Shown: in pieces, positions 19,004 to 28,795 of the stretch
Layout: every line of letters begins with the position of its first letter
Position numbering within the stretch: the stretch's first letter is position 1
From: Hydrogenophilales bacterium
GTDB taxonomy: Bacteria; Pseudomonadota; Gammaproteobacteria; Burkholderiales; Thiobacteraceae
DNA: 64,000 nucleotides
Direction of reading: 5' to 3'
NCBI GenBank assembly: GCA_016235775.1
Contig: JACRIU010000102.1
Coordinates: 32,721-96,720 of the forward strand
Notes under the pieces: model-generated
What the model was told of the DNA's origin: nothing
Databases searched by the model: none
Seen by the model: only the letters and a program-made list of their open reading frames with translations
Program-made: the position numbers and the translations under genes

Positions 19004-19449
19004 TGCGCTTACTAGAAAACGCGAAAAACCTCCGCAGCAGCCAAACAGATGCCGAGCAACGCCTGTGGTATCACCTGCGCGCGCATCGTTTTATGGACAT
19101 GAAATTTAAGCGGCAAAAACCAATGGGTCGCTACATTGTGGACTTCGTGTGTGTGGAGCATCGGTTGATTATCGAACTCGACGGTGGCCAGCATGCGGAC
19201 GAAGTGTCTTACGACCAACAGCGGGATGCATGGTTGCGTAGCCAGGGTTATACAGTTCTACGTTTTTGGAACAATGATGTGATGCAGCAATTGGATGGGG
19301 TGTTGGAGCAGATACGGCTTGCCCTCTCCCCCACCCCTCTCCCACGAGTGGGAGAGGGGAGAACCCCGGTTACTCTACGTACCTGTTCAGGTGATGCCAA
19401 TTCTCTCCCCTCTCCCAGAGGGGCCGGGGGAGAGGGTGAACCCCAATGA
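19003..19449 (+). CDS. DUF559 / Vsr-like endonuclease-domain protein
   Basis: LRSSQTDAEQRLWYHLR, FKRQKPMGRYIVDF, IIELDGGQH, RDAWLRSQGYTVLRFWN; the last ~40 aa read through repeats. Confidence 0.92.
   Translation: MRLLENAKNLRSSQTDAEQRLWYHLRAHRFMDMKFKRQKPMGRYIVDFVCVEHRLIIELDGGQHADEVSYDQQRDAWLRSQGYTVLRFWNNDVMQQLDGVLEQIRLALSPTPLPRVGEGRTPVTLRTCSGDANSLPSPRGAGGEGEPQ
19321..19436. repeat. Two CCCTCTCCC-hairpin repeats, right flank of DUF559 gene
   Basis: 19321-19360 GCCCTCTCCCCCACCCCTCTCCCACGAGTGGGAGAGGGGA is inverted relative to 18961-19000; 19406-19436 is an internally deleted copy. Confidence 0.85.
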
Positions 19450-20423
19450 TCGCCTACATCCTGCGCCGCATCCTCTACGCTATTCCGATTCTCATCGGCG
19501 TGAACGTGCTTATCTTTGCCTTGTTCTTCGCCGTCAATACGCCGGACGATATGGCGCGGCTGCAACTTGGAATGAAACATGTCACGCCCGAAGCGATCGC
19601 CAAGTGGAAGCAGGAGCACGGCTATGACAAACCGCTGTTCTTCAACGCGCAGGCGCAGGGTAGCGCCAAGTTCAGCGAAACCATTTTCGCGCAACGCTCG
19701 GCGCCGATGTTTGTCTTCCAGTTCGGCGCATCGGACGATGGCCGCAACATCGGTCAGGAAATAAAATCCCGCATGGGGCCGAGCCTGGCGCTGGCGATTC
19801 CGGTTTTTTTGGTGGGCTTGCTGGTGGAAATTACCTTCGCGCTGATCCTGGCTTTCTTCCGCGCCACTTATGTGGATGTCGTAGGTGTGGTGCTATGCGT
19901 GGCGATGATGTCGATCTCCGGCATGTTCTACATCATCGGCGGGCAGTTTCTCATCAGCAAGCTGTTTCACCTGGTGCCGATTTCCGGCTATCAGGCAGGC
20001 TTCGATAGTTTCAAGTTCCTGGTGCTGCCGGTGATTATCGGTGTGATCGGCGGCATCGGTGCTGGTACGCGCTGGTATCGCACGATTTTCCTGGAAGAAA
20101 TGAACAAGGACTATGTGCGCACCGCACGCGCCAAGGGTCTGGCGGAATCGGTGGTGCTGTTCCGCCATGTGTTGAAGAACGGCATGATCCCGATTCTCAC
20201 CGGCGCGGTGGTGGTGATCCCGACGCTGTTCATGGGCAGCCTGATTTCCGAATCCTTCTTCGGCATTCCCGGCCTGGGCAGCTATACGATCGATGCGATC
20301 CGCCAACAGGATTTCGCCATCGTGCATGCCATGGTGTTCCTGGGTTCGGTGCTCTACATCATCGGACTCTTGCTCACGGATATTTCCTACACCCTGGTTG
20401 ATCCGAGGATCAGGCTGTCATGA
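19446..20423 (+). CDS. Peptide ABC transporter permease (OppB/DppB-like)
   Basis: MIAYILRRILYAIP, DYVRTARAKGL EAA-loop. Confidence 0.94.
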   Translation: MIAYILRRILYAIPILIGVNVLIFALFFAVNTPDDMARLQLGMKHVTPEAIAKWKQEHGYDKPLFFNAQAQGSAKFSETIFAQRSAPMFVFQFGASDDGRNIGQEIKSRMGPSLALAIPVFLVGLLVEITFALILAFFRATYVDVVGVVLCVAMMSISGMFYIIGGQFLISKLFHLVPISGYQAGFDSFKFLVLPVIIGVIGGIGAGTRWYRTIFLEEMNKDYVRTARAKGLAESVVLFRHVLKNGMIPILTGAVVVIPTLFMGSLISESFFGIPGLGSYTIDAIRQQDFAIVHAMVFLGSVLYIIGLLLTDISYTLVDPRIRLS

Positions 20424-21805
20424 TGCCGTTCGATCCCGTCTTCCTCTGGACTGACCGCCTGATTTTTTTGCTGCTGGCAGTGATCGCGATTTATGCCTGG
20501 CGCGCGGCGGGCAAAGAGCACCTCGCGGCGCCCTGGCGCAAACTCGCGCGCCGGCCGGGTGCGATGTCGGCGGCAGTCGTGCTCGCCGCCTTTGTGTCGA
20601 TCGGCGTGATGGATTCGATTCATTTCCGCCTGCCGCTGCCCGAGCAGAAGCCCGGCGTGGAACGCCAGTACGCGCCGCAGGTGTTGAGCCTGCTCGATTA
20701 CACCTTGCAAGATCTGCGCGACCGTAAAGAGAAGACCTATTCCGCACCGTTTGCGACACAGCTTTACGCCAAGGAAACCGTCGAGCAGGGTGGCAGTATC
20801 ACGCGCGTCTTTCCGCGCCTGAAATACGGCGGCGCGCATTTGGGCGCGGCGGTTGAGCAACGCAATGCGGATATTTTTCGGCGTGGCCTGCGCGGCAGCG
20901 GGCTGGCGCTGCTGGGGTGGGGTGTCTGCGTGGGCTTGGTCACTGTGCTGTTGGCGCGGCGCGGCCGCACCCTTGCCCAATTGATGCGCGGCCAAACCGA
21001 GTTGCCGTGGCGCGCCATATTGGCCACATTCGGTTTCGTGATTCTGGCTGTGGCGCTCGTCAGCCAATGGGCGCCGGTGTACCACATCTTCGGCACCGAC
21101 AAGGTCGGGCAGGACGTGTTTTTCCTTTCGCTCAAAAGCATTCGCACCGGTCTGGTGATCGGCACGCTCACCACCTTGGTCATGCTGCCGTTCGCATTGC
21201 TGCTCGGCATCATGGCCGGCTATTTCCGCGGCTGGATCGATGATGTGATCCAGTACATTTACACCACGCTCAACGCCATCCCCGGCGTGTTGCTGATCGC
21301 TGCGGCGGTGTTGGTATTGCAGGTGCATATGGATCGCCTGCCGGATTTGACCTTGGTGGAGCGCGCCGATTTGCGTCTGCTGTTCCTGTGCATGATTCTC
21401 GGCGTGACCAGTTGGACCGGGCTATGCCGCCTGCTGCGGGCGGAGACGCTGAAACTGCGTGAAATGGATTTCGTGCAGGCTGCGCAAGCTTTCGGTGTGA
21501 GCGAATGGCGCATCATGGGCCGCCACATCCTGCCCAACGTGCTGCACATCGTGCTGATTACCGTGACCCTGGAGTTCAGCGGCCTGGTGCTGGCGGAAGC
21601 GGTGCTGGCGTATGTCGGCGTCGGCGTCGATCCCACCATGCAAAGCTGGGGCAATATGATCAACGGTGCGCGCCTGGAATTGGCGCGCGAACCCATCGTC
21701 TGGTGGCTGCTGACCGCCGCCTTCGCCTTCATGTTCGTGCTGGTGCTGGCGGCGAATCTGTTCGCCGATGCGGTGCGCGATGCGTTTGATCCGAGGGTGA
21801 AATGA
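20420..21805 (+). CDS. Peptide ABC transporter permease (OppC/DppC-like)
   Basis: HIFGTDKVGQDVF, DFVQAAQAFG, HILPN, NLFADAVRDAFDPR. Confidence 0.93.
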   Translation: MMPFDPVFLWTDRLIFLLLAVIAIYAWRAAGKEHLAAPWRKLARRPGAMSAAVVLAAFVSIGVMDSIHFRLPLPEQKPGVERQYAPQVLSLLDYTLQDLRDRKEKTYSAPFATQLYAKETVEQGGSITRVFPRLKYGGAHLGAAVEQRNADIFRRGLRGSGLALLGWGVCVGLVTVLLARRGRTLAQLMRGQTELPWRAILATFGFVILAVALVSQWAPVYHIFGTDKVGQDVFFLSLKSIRTGLVIGTLTTLVMLPFALLLGIMAGYFRGWIDDVIQYIYTTLNAIPGVLLIAAAVLVLQVHMDRLPDLTLVERADLRLLFLCMILGVTSWTGLCRLLRAETLKLREMDFVQAAQAFGVSEWRIMGRHILPNVLHIVLITVTLEFSGLVLAEAVLAYVGVGVDPTMQSWGNMINGARLELAREPIVWWLLTAAFAFMFVLVLAANLFADAVRDAFDPRVK

Positions 21806-21816
21806 GCGTTTATTTA

Positions 21817-21966
21817 CCGCCAAGATACCAAGAGCGCCAAGAAAAACTCTTTTTTGCCACAGAGATCACAGAGGCCACAGAGGAAATTCGGCACGGGTAC
21901 TCTGTGTTCTCTGTACCCTCTGTGGCGAATGCTTTTGATCTTCTTGGCGCTTTGGCGTCTTGGCGG
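21817..21966. repeat. Nested inverted 9-mer-array elements (CGCCAAG-type outside, CACAGAG-type inside)
   Basis: Outer arms 21817-21842 and 21939-21966; inner arms 21856-21882 and 21900-21926. Confidence 0.85.
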
Positions 21967-21989
21967 CCAAACGGTTTTTTCAACACTCC

Positions 21990-23999
21990 ATGACCACGCC
22001 GCTTTTACAAATCGAGAATCTTCGCATCTGGTTCGAAGCCAGCGGCCAAACCGTGCGCGCCGTGGACGAGGTGAGCTTTGAAATCGCGCGCGGCGAGACG
22101 TTTGCGCTACTCGGCGAATCCGGCTGTGGCAAGTCGGTTACGGCATTATCTATTTTGCGCCTGCTCGCACCGGCGGCGCGCATTGCCGGTGGCCGCATCG
22201 TGTTCGACGGCCAGGATTTGCTGGCGCTGCCCGAGGTGGCGATGCGCAGCGTGCGCGGTTCGCGCATCGCGATGATTTTCCAGGAGCCGATGACCAGCCT
22301 CAACCCGGTGCTGAGCGTGGCGCAGCAAATCGGCGAGCCTTTGGCCTTGCATAAAAGCTTGCGTGGCGGTGCCTTGCAAAAGCGCATGCTGGAATTGCTC
22401 GACGCGGTGGGCATTCCCGATCCCGCGCGCGTGAGTCAGGCCTACCCGCATCAACTCTCCGGCGGCATGAAGCAACGGGTGATGATTGCCATCGCGCTCG
22501 CCTGTGAGCCGGAGCTGCTGATCGCCGACGAACCGACCACGGCGCTGGATGTCACGATTCAGGCGCAGGTGTTGGCCTTGCTGCGCGAATTGCAGCGCAA
22601 AACCGGCATGGCGATGCTGTTCATCACGCATGATCTGGGTGTGGTGTCGGAAATGGCGCATCGCGTCGGCGTGATGTACGCCGGCGAGATGGTCGAGACC
22701 GCGCCGCGCGATGCCTTCTTTGCCGCGCCGCGCCATCCGTATTCGCAAAAGCTGTTTGCCTCGCTGCCGCGTCTGGACAAGCGCGATACCCAACTGACCG
22801 TCATCAAGGGCAACGTGCCTCGGCTCGATCAGGTATTCACCGGCTGCCGTTTTGTCGAACGTTGCGATGCCGCGATCGACCAGTGCCGGGAAGCGGCGCC
22901 GCCGTGGGTGGCGTTGGGGGAGGGGGGCGCGCGTTGTCATTTGCTGGATCAGGAAGCAGGCGTCGGGCGTCAGGTGTCAGAGAAGCAGGATTCGGGATTC
23001 AGGATTCGGGATTCGGGGGGAGAGGCAACACCGCTGTTGCGGGTTGCGGATATCCGGGTGCATTTTCCGGTTCGTAAAGGTTTCTTACAGCGTGTGGTGG
23101 GTGCGGTGAAGGCGGTGGATGGGGTGTCGCTGGCGATTCCCGCCGGGCGCACGCTGGCGCTGGTAGGTGAATCCGGTTGCGGCAAAACCACGGTGGGCAA
23201 GGGTATTCTGCAACTCGCCCCGCTTACCGGCGGCAGCGTGCAATTCGAAGGGCAAGAACTCACCAGCCTTAATCGTGATCAATTGCGTAGCAAACGCGGC
23301 GCGTTCCAGATCATTTTCCAAGACCCCTTTTCCTCGCTCGACCCGCGCATGGTGATCGCGGAGATTCTGGAAGAGGGCATGCGCGCATTGCATGTGGGCG
23401 CAAATGCGCCGGAACGCGCGCAGCGCATCGATCGCATGTTGGAGGAAGTGGGGCTCGGCGCCGACACCAAATATCGCTACCCGCATGAGTTTTCCGGGGG
23501 GCAGCGCCAGCGCATTGCCATCGCGCGCGCCTTGGCGGTGAATCCTCGGCTCATCGTGTGCGACGAGCCGACCAGTGCGCTCGACGTGTCGGTGCAGGCG
23601 CAGATTCTTAACTTGCTGCGCGGCCTGCAACAAGCGCATCAGCTTTCTTACCTCTTCATCACGCACAACATCTCGGTGGTGGAATATCTCGCGCACGACG
23701 TGGCGGTGATGTATCTCGGCCGCATCGTCGAGCACGGCCCGGTGGAAACGGTATTGAGTGCACCGAAGCATCCCTACACTCAAGCGCTGCTGTCGGCTGT
23801 ACCTGTAATCGAAAAAGTCAGCGGGCGCGAAGTGATTCATCTGCAAGGTGAGTTGCCATCGCCCGCCAACCCGCCCAGCGGCTGTCATTTCCATCCGCGC
23901 TGCCCCCGCGCCATGCCGGTGTGCAGCGAGCGCTATCCGGATGAAACGGTGTTCGGCGAGCAGGTGGTACGCTGTTATTTGTACAGTCAAATAGCCTAA
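21990..23999 (+). CDS. Peptide ABC transporter ATP-binding protein, fused double NBD (OppD/OppF-like)
   Basis: Two GESGCGK Walker A motifs, LSGG/FSGG signatures, DEPT Walker B; start ATG 21990. Confidence 0.94.
   Translation: MTTPLLQIENLRIWFEASGQTVRAVDEVSFEIARGETFALLGESGCGKSVTALSILRLLAPAARIAGGRIVFDGQDLLALPEVAMRSVRGSRIAMIFQEPMTSLNPVLSVAQQIGEPLALHKSLRGGALQKRMLELLDAVGIPDPARVSQAYPHQLSGGMKQRVMIAIALACEPELLIADEPTTALDVTIQAQVLALLRELQRKTGMAMLFITHDLGVVSEMAHRVGVMYAGEMVETAPRDAFFAAPRHPYSQKLFASLPRLDKRDTQLTVIKGNVPRLDQVFTGCRFVERCDAAIDQCREAAPPWVALGEGGARCHLLDQEAGVGRQVSEKQDSGFRIRDSGGEATPLLRVADIRVHFPVRKGFLQRVVGAVKAVDGVSLAIPAGRTLALVGESGCGKTTVGKGILQLAPLTGGSVQFEGQELTSLNRDQLRSKRGAFQIIFQDPFSSLDPRMVIAEILEEGMRALHVGANAPERAQRIDRMLEEVGLGADTKYRYPHEFSGGQRQRIAIARALAVNPRLIVCDEPTSALDVSVQAQILNLLRGLQQAHQLSYLFITHNISVVEYLAHDVAVMYLGRIVEHGPVETVLSAPKHPYTQALLSAVPVIEKVSGREVIHLQGELPSPANPPSGCHFHPRCPRAMPVCSERYPDETVFGEQVVRCYLYSQIA
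22953..23016 (+). repeat. Heptamer tandem array inside the inter-domain linker
   Basis: GAAGCAG GCGTCGG GCGTCAG GTGTCAG A GAAGCAG GATTCGG GATTCAG GATTCGG GATTCGG. Confidence 0.8.
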
Positions 24000-24007
24000 A
24001 AAATCCG

Positions 24008-24065
24008 GCCACAGAGGGCACAGAGATCTCAGGCCGTTGGGGAAGGGGCGAGGCATGCCTCGCCC
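24008..24065. repeat. Half CACAGAG element followed by a GTAG-family REP arm
   Basis: GCCACAGAGGGCACAGAG...GGGGCGAGGCATGCCTCGCCC. Confidence 0.75.
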
Positions 24066-24075
24066 ACAGCAGAAG

Positions 24076-25785
24076 CTAGCCGTTTTTGGCCAGAACGATG
24101 GTGACTTTGTCGCCTGGTTGCAGGCGTTTTTTGGCGGAGAGCTTGTTCCAGCGCAAGAGGTCGTCGAGATCGACGGCGAAGCGCTGGGCGATGGAATAGA
24201 GCGTGTCGCCGCGGCGCACGGTGTAGAGTTTGTTCACCGGGGATTTATTGGCAGCGGCGCGCGGTGAAGCCTTGCCGGCTGCTTTAGAACTGACCACGGT
24301 ATCGCTCGGCGCGGCTTTTTCTACCGGGCCCACGTTCAATTTCTGGTTGAGCGCGAGGCGGTTGGATTTCAAATTGCTCCAGGCTTTGATCTGCTCGGCT
24401 TTCACGCCATGGCGCTTGGCGATGGAAAGCAGGGTGTCGCCCTTGCGCACGGAATAGACGCGGCCGTTCGCCAGCGGCAACGATTCGGTTTTGATTTCAG
24501 TGAAAGAGGCGGTTTCCAGTTTGGCGCCACTGGCGCCCGGCACCAACAACACTTGATTGCTCGTTAAGCGGCCACGCTTGAGGTTGATACCGTTCGCGTC
24601 TTTTAGGCGGGCGCTGGAGATGCCGTGTCGGCTGGCGATGGTATCCAATTTTTCGCCGCGCTTGGCGTGATAAGGTTGCCACGACACCAGTGGTTTGTCG
24701 TAGTTTTCCAGATTCGAGGCAAAGACTTCCGCTTTATCCACCGGCAGCAGCAAGGTGACCGGTTGCTTTGCCTGGATCACCGGGCGATTGTAATGCGGAT
24801 TGAGCGAGGTGAATTCATCCAGCGTGGTGTCGGATAGTTTGGCCGCGAGCGCCACGTCGATATGCTGGGTGAGGGTGATTTGCGCGAAATAGGGTTGGTT
24901 GGGCACGACGCCCAGATCGATGCCGAATTCGCCCGGCGCGGCGATCAGATTCTTGATTGCTAAGAGGCGCGGTACATATTGCCGCGTTTCATTCGGCATG
25001 CGCAGGCTGAGATAATCGGTCGGCTCGCCGCGTTTTATGTTTTTGGCGATGGCGCGCGACACCGAGCCTTCGCCCCAGTTGTAGGCGGCCAGCGCCAGCT
25101 CCCAACTGCCGAACATATTGTGCAATTTTTGCAGGTAATCGAGCGCGGCGCCGGTGGCGGCGATCACATCACGCCGATTATCTACCCACCAATTTTGACT
25201 CAAGCCGAAATGGCGGCCGGTGGAGGGGATGAATTGCCAAATGCCGGCAGCGTGGCTGCGCGAATAGGCTTTGGGGTTAAACGCGCTTTCGATCATCGGC
25301 AGCAGCGCGATCTCGGTCGGCATGCCGCGCTTTTCGACTTCTTCCACGATATAGAACATATAGCGTTTGCTGCGATCCAGCATGCGCGCCACATAGTCGG
25401 GCCGGTTGGCATACCAGTTTTCGTTTTCCTGCACCAAGGCCGAATCCAGCTCGGAGAGCGCGAAGCCGGCGCGGATGCGCGCCCACAAGTCGCGCTGCGG
25501 GTCACCCAGGTTTTCGGCCGCTTTTAACAGCGGGGTGGCGCTGGTGGGCGCCGGTTCGATGCTGATAATGGAGGGTTGATCCGGTGTAATTGTGGCGCTG
25601 GGCGTTTCAACCGGCGGATTGATCGAAGCGGCGGGAGCAGTTTCGGTGCGGACTTCTTCCGGTGCTTTGACGGCGAAAGTGACGGCGGAGGCGGGAATCA
25701 GCGCCGCTTCGCCTGCCAGGGCTGCGCCGCTGTAAATACCGGCGATCAGGATTGCGATCGTCAGCCGGGTGCGAGTTATCCGCAT
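24076..25785 (-). CDS. mltD: Membrane-bound lytic murein transglycosylase D (SLT + 3 LysM)
   Basis: LPMIESAF, AAGIWQFIP, LAAYNWGEG, ETRQYVP, three LysM repeats; synteny with gloB. Confidence 0.9.
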   Translation of the reverse strand: MRITRTRLTIAILIAGIYSGAALAGEAALIPASAVTFAVKAPEEVRTETAPAASINPPVETPSATITPDQPSIISIEPAPTSATPLLKAAENLGDPQRDLWARIRAGFALSELDSALVQENENWYANRPDYVARMLDRSKRYMFYIVEEVEKRGMPTEIALLPMIESAFNPKAYSRSHAAGIWQFIPSTGRHFGLSQNWWVDNRRDVIAATGAALDYLQKLHNMFGSWELALAAYNWGEGSVSRAIAKNIKRGEPTDYLSLRMPNETRQYVPRLLAIKNLIAAPGEFGIDLGVVPNQPYFAQITLTQHIDVALAAKLSDTTLDEFTSLNPHYNRPVIQAKQPVTLLLPVDKAEVFASNLENYDKPLVSWQPYHAKRGEKLDTIASRHGISSARLKDANGINLKRGRLTSNQVLLVPGASGAKLETASFTEIKTESLPLANGRVYSVRKGDTLLSIAKRHGVKAEQIKAWSNLKSNRLALNQKLNVGPVEKAAPSDTVVSSKAAGKASPRAAANKSPVNKLYTVRRGDTLYSIAQRFAVDLDDLLRWNKLSAKKRLQPGDKVTIVLAKNG

Positions 25786-25867
25786 CGAATTATACTTTTT
25801 CAAGTTGAAGTCGAGGCGATGTTAATGGCGTAACACCTTAATCGTCAAGGATTTATTTCCTGTAATG

Positions 25868-26641
25868 TCAGTCCTGGCCATCCTTCCAGGAACGGACTGT
25901 GCCGAACACTTGCGCCGGGCCGGACAAGGCGTGACCGGCATAGCGCTCGGCGGCTTGGATCACCGCCGGCTCCAGGCTGCGCATGAAGGGGTTGGTGCGT
26001 TTTTCCAAGCCCAGGGTAGAGGGCACGGTAGGCAGATGTTGAGCACGGGAGGCGCGGTCATGCGCTTCGCGCCGGATCAGATCGGCATTTTCCGGTTCGA
26101 CCTTTTTAGCGAAGCGGATATTGTCCAGCGTGTATTCATGCGCGCAGTACATCAGCGTGGTATCGGGCAAGTGGGCGAGCTTGGAGATCGACGCATACAT
26201 CATGGCAGGCGTACCTTCAAACAGTCTTCCACAGCCGCATGCGAATAGGGTATCCCCACAGAATAAGCGTTCTGCGCCATAATAGGCGACGTGTCCCGCC
26301 GTGTGGCCGGGCACGTCGATGACGCTGAATTCCAAGCCTAATTCCGGTATTTTCACTTGATCGCCCTCGGCGACGGGGTGGGTGCGGCCTGGGATGGTTT
26401 CATGCGCGGGGCCATAGACCGGCACGTCGAAATGTTGCAGCAGCTTTCGAATGCCGCCCACATGGTCGCCGTGATGGTGGGTGCAGAGAATGGCGCAAAG
26501 TTTTAGCTCATGCTGCGCCAAATAATCCAGCACCGGCGCTGCGTCACCGGGGTCCACGACAAGCGCCTTTCCGCCGCGAACCAGCAGCCATAGGTAGTTG
26601 TCTTCGAACGCGGGGATAGGGACGACTTGAAGGTTTTCCAT
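25868..26641 (-). CDS. gloB: Hydroxyacylglutathione hydrolase (glyoxalase II)
   Basis: THHHGDHVGG, PGHTAGH, GDTLF..GCGRLFEG, CAHEYT. Confidence 0.95.
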   Translation of the reverse strand: MENLQVVPIPAFEDNYLWLLVRGGKALVVDPGDAAPVLDYLAQHELKLCAILCTHHHGDHVGGIRKLLQHFDVPVYGPAHETIPGRTHPVAEGDQVKIPELGLEFSVIDVPGHTAGHVAYYGAERLFCGDTLFACGCGRLFEGTPAMMYASISKLAHLPDTTLMYCAHEYTLDNIRFAKKVEPENADLIRREAHDRASRAQHLPTVPSTLGLEKRTNPFMRSLEPAVIQAAERYAGHALSGPAQVFGTVRSWKDGQD

Positions 26642-26652
26642 ACTGCGTATGG

Positions 26653-27432
26653 TTGAAGGAGATGGGTAACTTGTCAAATCGTATTGAGCGCCGGCGGGAT
26701 GCGCGGCAGTGGTTCGAGACCACGCTGGGCGGCTACGTGCTGGCGCGGGAGCAGGCCTATTTCGATGAAACCGTGAGCGATATCTTCGGTTTCAACGCGC
26801 TGCAACTCGGCTTGCCGCAATACGATTTATTGCGCGCGAGCCGCATCCCGCTACGGCTGGCCCTCGATATGCACCCTCCGGCGCGGCTCATTAGCGATTT
26901 CAGTCATTTACCCATCGCAAGCCAGAGCGTCGATCTCGCACTGATGCCGCATGTGCTGGAATTTTCCGCGACGCCGCATCAGATTTTGCGCGAGGTGGAG
27001 CGGGTGTTGATGCCCGAGGGGCATGTGATCATCACCGGCTTCAATCCCTTGAGCTGGTGGGGTGTGGGCCATCTCATCAAGCGCCGCTGCGGGGATTATC
27101 CCTGGCGCGGCAATTTCATCGGCTTGCCGCGCGTCAAGGATTGGCTTGCGCTGCTCGGGCTCGAAGTGGTGGCCGGGCGCTTGTCGTGTTATGCGCCGCC
27201 GCTGCAAAGCGCGCAATGGCTGGAGCGGTTTCAATTCATGGAAGCCGCCGGCGATCGCTGGTGGCCGCTCGGCGGCGGCGTGTATTTTCTGCTCGCCAAA
27301 AAACGCGTGCACAGCATGCGGCTGATCATGCCCAGTTGGAAAGAACGCCTGGCGGCGCAGGGCCGTATCGCTCCGGCCGCGCAGAAGGAACTGACGCAGC
27401 GCCATTCACAAAAGGAAACCGAGCTTGTCTGA
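26653..27432 (+). CDS. Class I SAM-dependent methyltransferase (YafS-like)
   Basis: [23 protein letters not shown]; conserved position between gloB and rnhA; start may be TTG 26671. Confidence 0.85.
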   Translation: MKEMGNLSNRIERRRDARQWFETTLGGYVLAREQAYFDETVSDIFGFNALQLGLPQYDLLRASRIPLRLALDMHPPARLISDFSHLPIASQSVDLALMPHVLEFSATPHQILREVERVLMPEGHVIITGFNPLSWWGVGHLIKRRCGDYPWRGNFIGLPRVKDWLALLGLEVVAGRLSCYAPPLQSAQWLERFQFMEAAGDRWWPLGGGVYFLLAKKRVHSMRLIMPSWKERLAAQGRIAPAAQKELTQRHSQKETELV

Positions 27433-27868
27433 AGTAGTCGTGGAAATCTTTACCGATGGCGCCTGCAAGGGCAATCCCGGCCCCGGCGGATGGGGCGCGC
27501 TGCTGCGCTACGGCAAAACGGAAAAAGAGCTGTGCGGCGGCGAGCGCTTGACCACCAACAACCGCATGGAACTATTGGCGGTGATCCGCGCGCTGGAATC
27601 GCTCAAGCGGCGCTGCGCGGTGAAACTGCATACCGACTCGCAATATGTGCAAAAAGGCATCAGCGAGTGGATCATCAACTGGAAAAAACGCGGCTGGAAA
27701 ACCGCTGACAAAAAACCAGTCAAAAACGAGGACCTGTGGCGCGAGCTGGATCAACTCGCCGCGCAACACCACATCGAATGGATCTGGGTCAAAGGCCATG
27801 CCGGCCACGACGGCAACGAACGCGCGGATGCCTTGGCGAACAAGGGCTGCGAGGGGCAAGGAATTTAA
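27425..27868 (+). CDS. rnhA: Ribonuclease HI
   Basis: [41 protein letters not shown]. Confidence 0.98.
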   Translation: MSEVVVEIFTDGACKGNPGPGGWGALLRYGKTEKELCGGERLTTNNRMELLAVIRALESLKRRCAVKLHTDSQYVQKGISEWIINWKKRGWKTADKKPVKNEDLWRELDQLAAQHHIEWIWVKGHAGHDGNERADALANKGCEGQGI

Positions 27869-27879
27869 CAAAAAATCCA

Positions 27880-27997
27880 GCCACAGAGGACACAGAGTTC
27901 ACAGAGAGAGCGCGGTTCATAAAGTAATTTTCTATCGTCTCGCCGGGGGCAGGTATTAAACAAAGCTTTCCTCTGTGTTCTCTGTGCCCTCTGTGGC
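27880..27997. repeat. Inverted CACAGAG 9-mer-array element
   Basis: GCCACAGAGGACACAGAGTTCACAGAG ... CTCTGTGTTCTCTGTGCCCTCTGTGGC. Confidence 0.88.
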
Positions 27998-28035
27998 AAA
28001 TTGCTTTTGACTTAATTACTTTAATCGGAACCACC

Positions 28036-28740
28036 ATGCGTCAAATCTTTCTCGACACTGAAACCACCGGCCTGAGCCCCGCGCTCGGCCATCGCATTAT
28101 CGAAGTCGCCGCGGTGGAGATGGTGAACCGGCGGCTCACCGGCAATCACTTTCACTGTTACCTGAATCCGGAGCGCGAGATCGATGCCGGGGCGCAGCAG
28201 GTACACGGCATTACGCTCGAATTTTTGCAGGACAAGCCCAGGTTCGCCGATGTGGCTCGGGAATTCATCGAGTTCGTTCAGGGCGGAGAATTGATCATTC
28301 ATAACGCGCCGTTCGACGTGGGGTTTCTCAACCATGAATTGTCGCTGATGAGTCAAGCGGCCATCGACAGCGTGTGCGCCAGCGTGATCGATACGCTCAA
28401 GCTGGCCAAGGAGCTGCACCCAGGGCAGAAGAATAATCTCGATGCCTTGTGCAAGCGCTATGCGGTCGATAACTCGAACCGCACCTTGCACGGCGCGCTG
28501 CTCGACGCGGAATTATTGGCCGATGTGTATATCGCCATGACGCGCGGCCAGGACAGCTTGTTGATCGATGTGAACGAGCCGGATGAAATAATAATGGATG
28601 CGTCAGGCGCGCTGCCCAAGGCGCCGCTGCGGGTTGTGCGCGCGAGCGAGGAGGAACTGGCGGCGCATGCCGCCTTGCTTGCGGATATCGACAAAGAAAG
28701 TAAGGGCGCTTGTGTTTGGAATCAAGCAGAAGCGGGATAA
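28036..28740 (+). CDS. dnaQ: DNA polymerase III epsilon subunit
   Basis: LDTETTG, HNAPFD, LHGALLDAELL. Confidence 0.97.
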   Translation: MRQIFLDTETTGLSPALGHRIIEVAAVEMVNRRLTGNHFHCYLNPEREIDAGAQQVHGITLEFLQDKPRFADVAREFIEFVQGGELIIHNAPFDVGFLNHELSLMSQAAIDSVCASVIDTLKLAKELHPGQKNNLDALCKRYAVDNSNRTLHGALLDAELLADVYIAMTRGQDSLLIDVNEPDEIIMDASGALPKAPLRVVRASEEELAAHAALLADIDKESKGACVWNQAEAG

Positions 28741-28795
28741 ACCCGCCGTATCAAGCAGCCGGCAACACCATGTGGATAGGGGTAAAGGAGGCAGT

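Noticed and set aside
21802..22081. Small ORFs such as 21802-21993, 21854-22081, 27645-27959 and 50343-50525
   Set aside because: Their peptides (TEITEATE, HRGHRVHRE, GRGMPRPY) are translations of the repeat elements.
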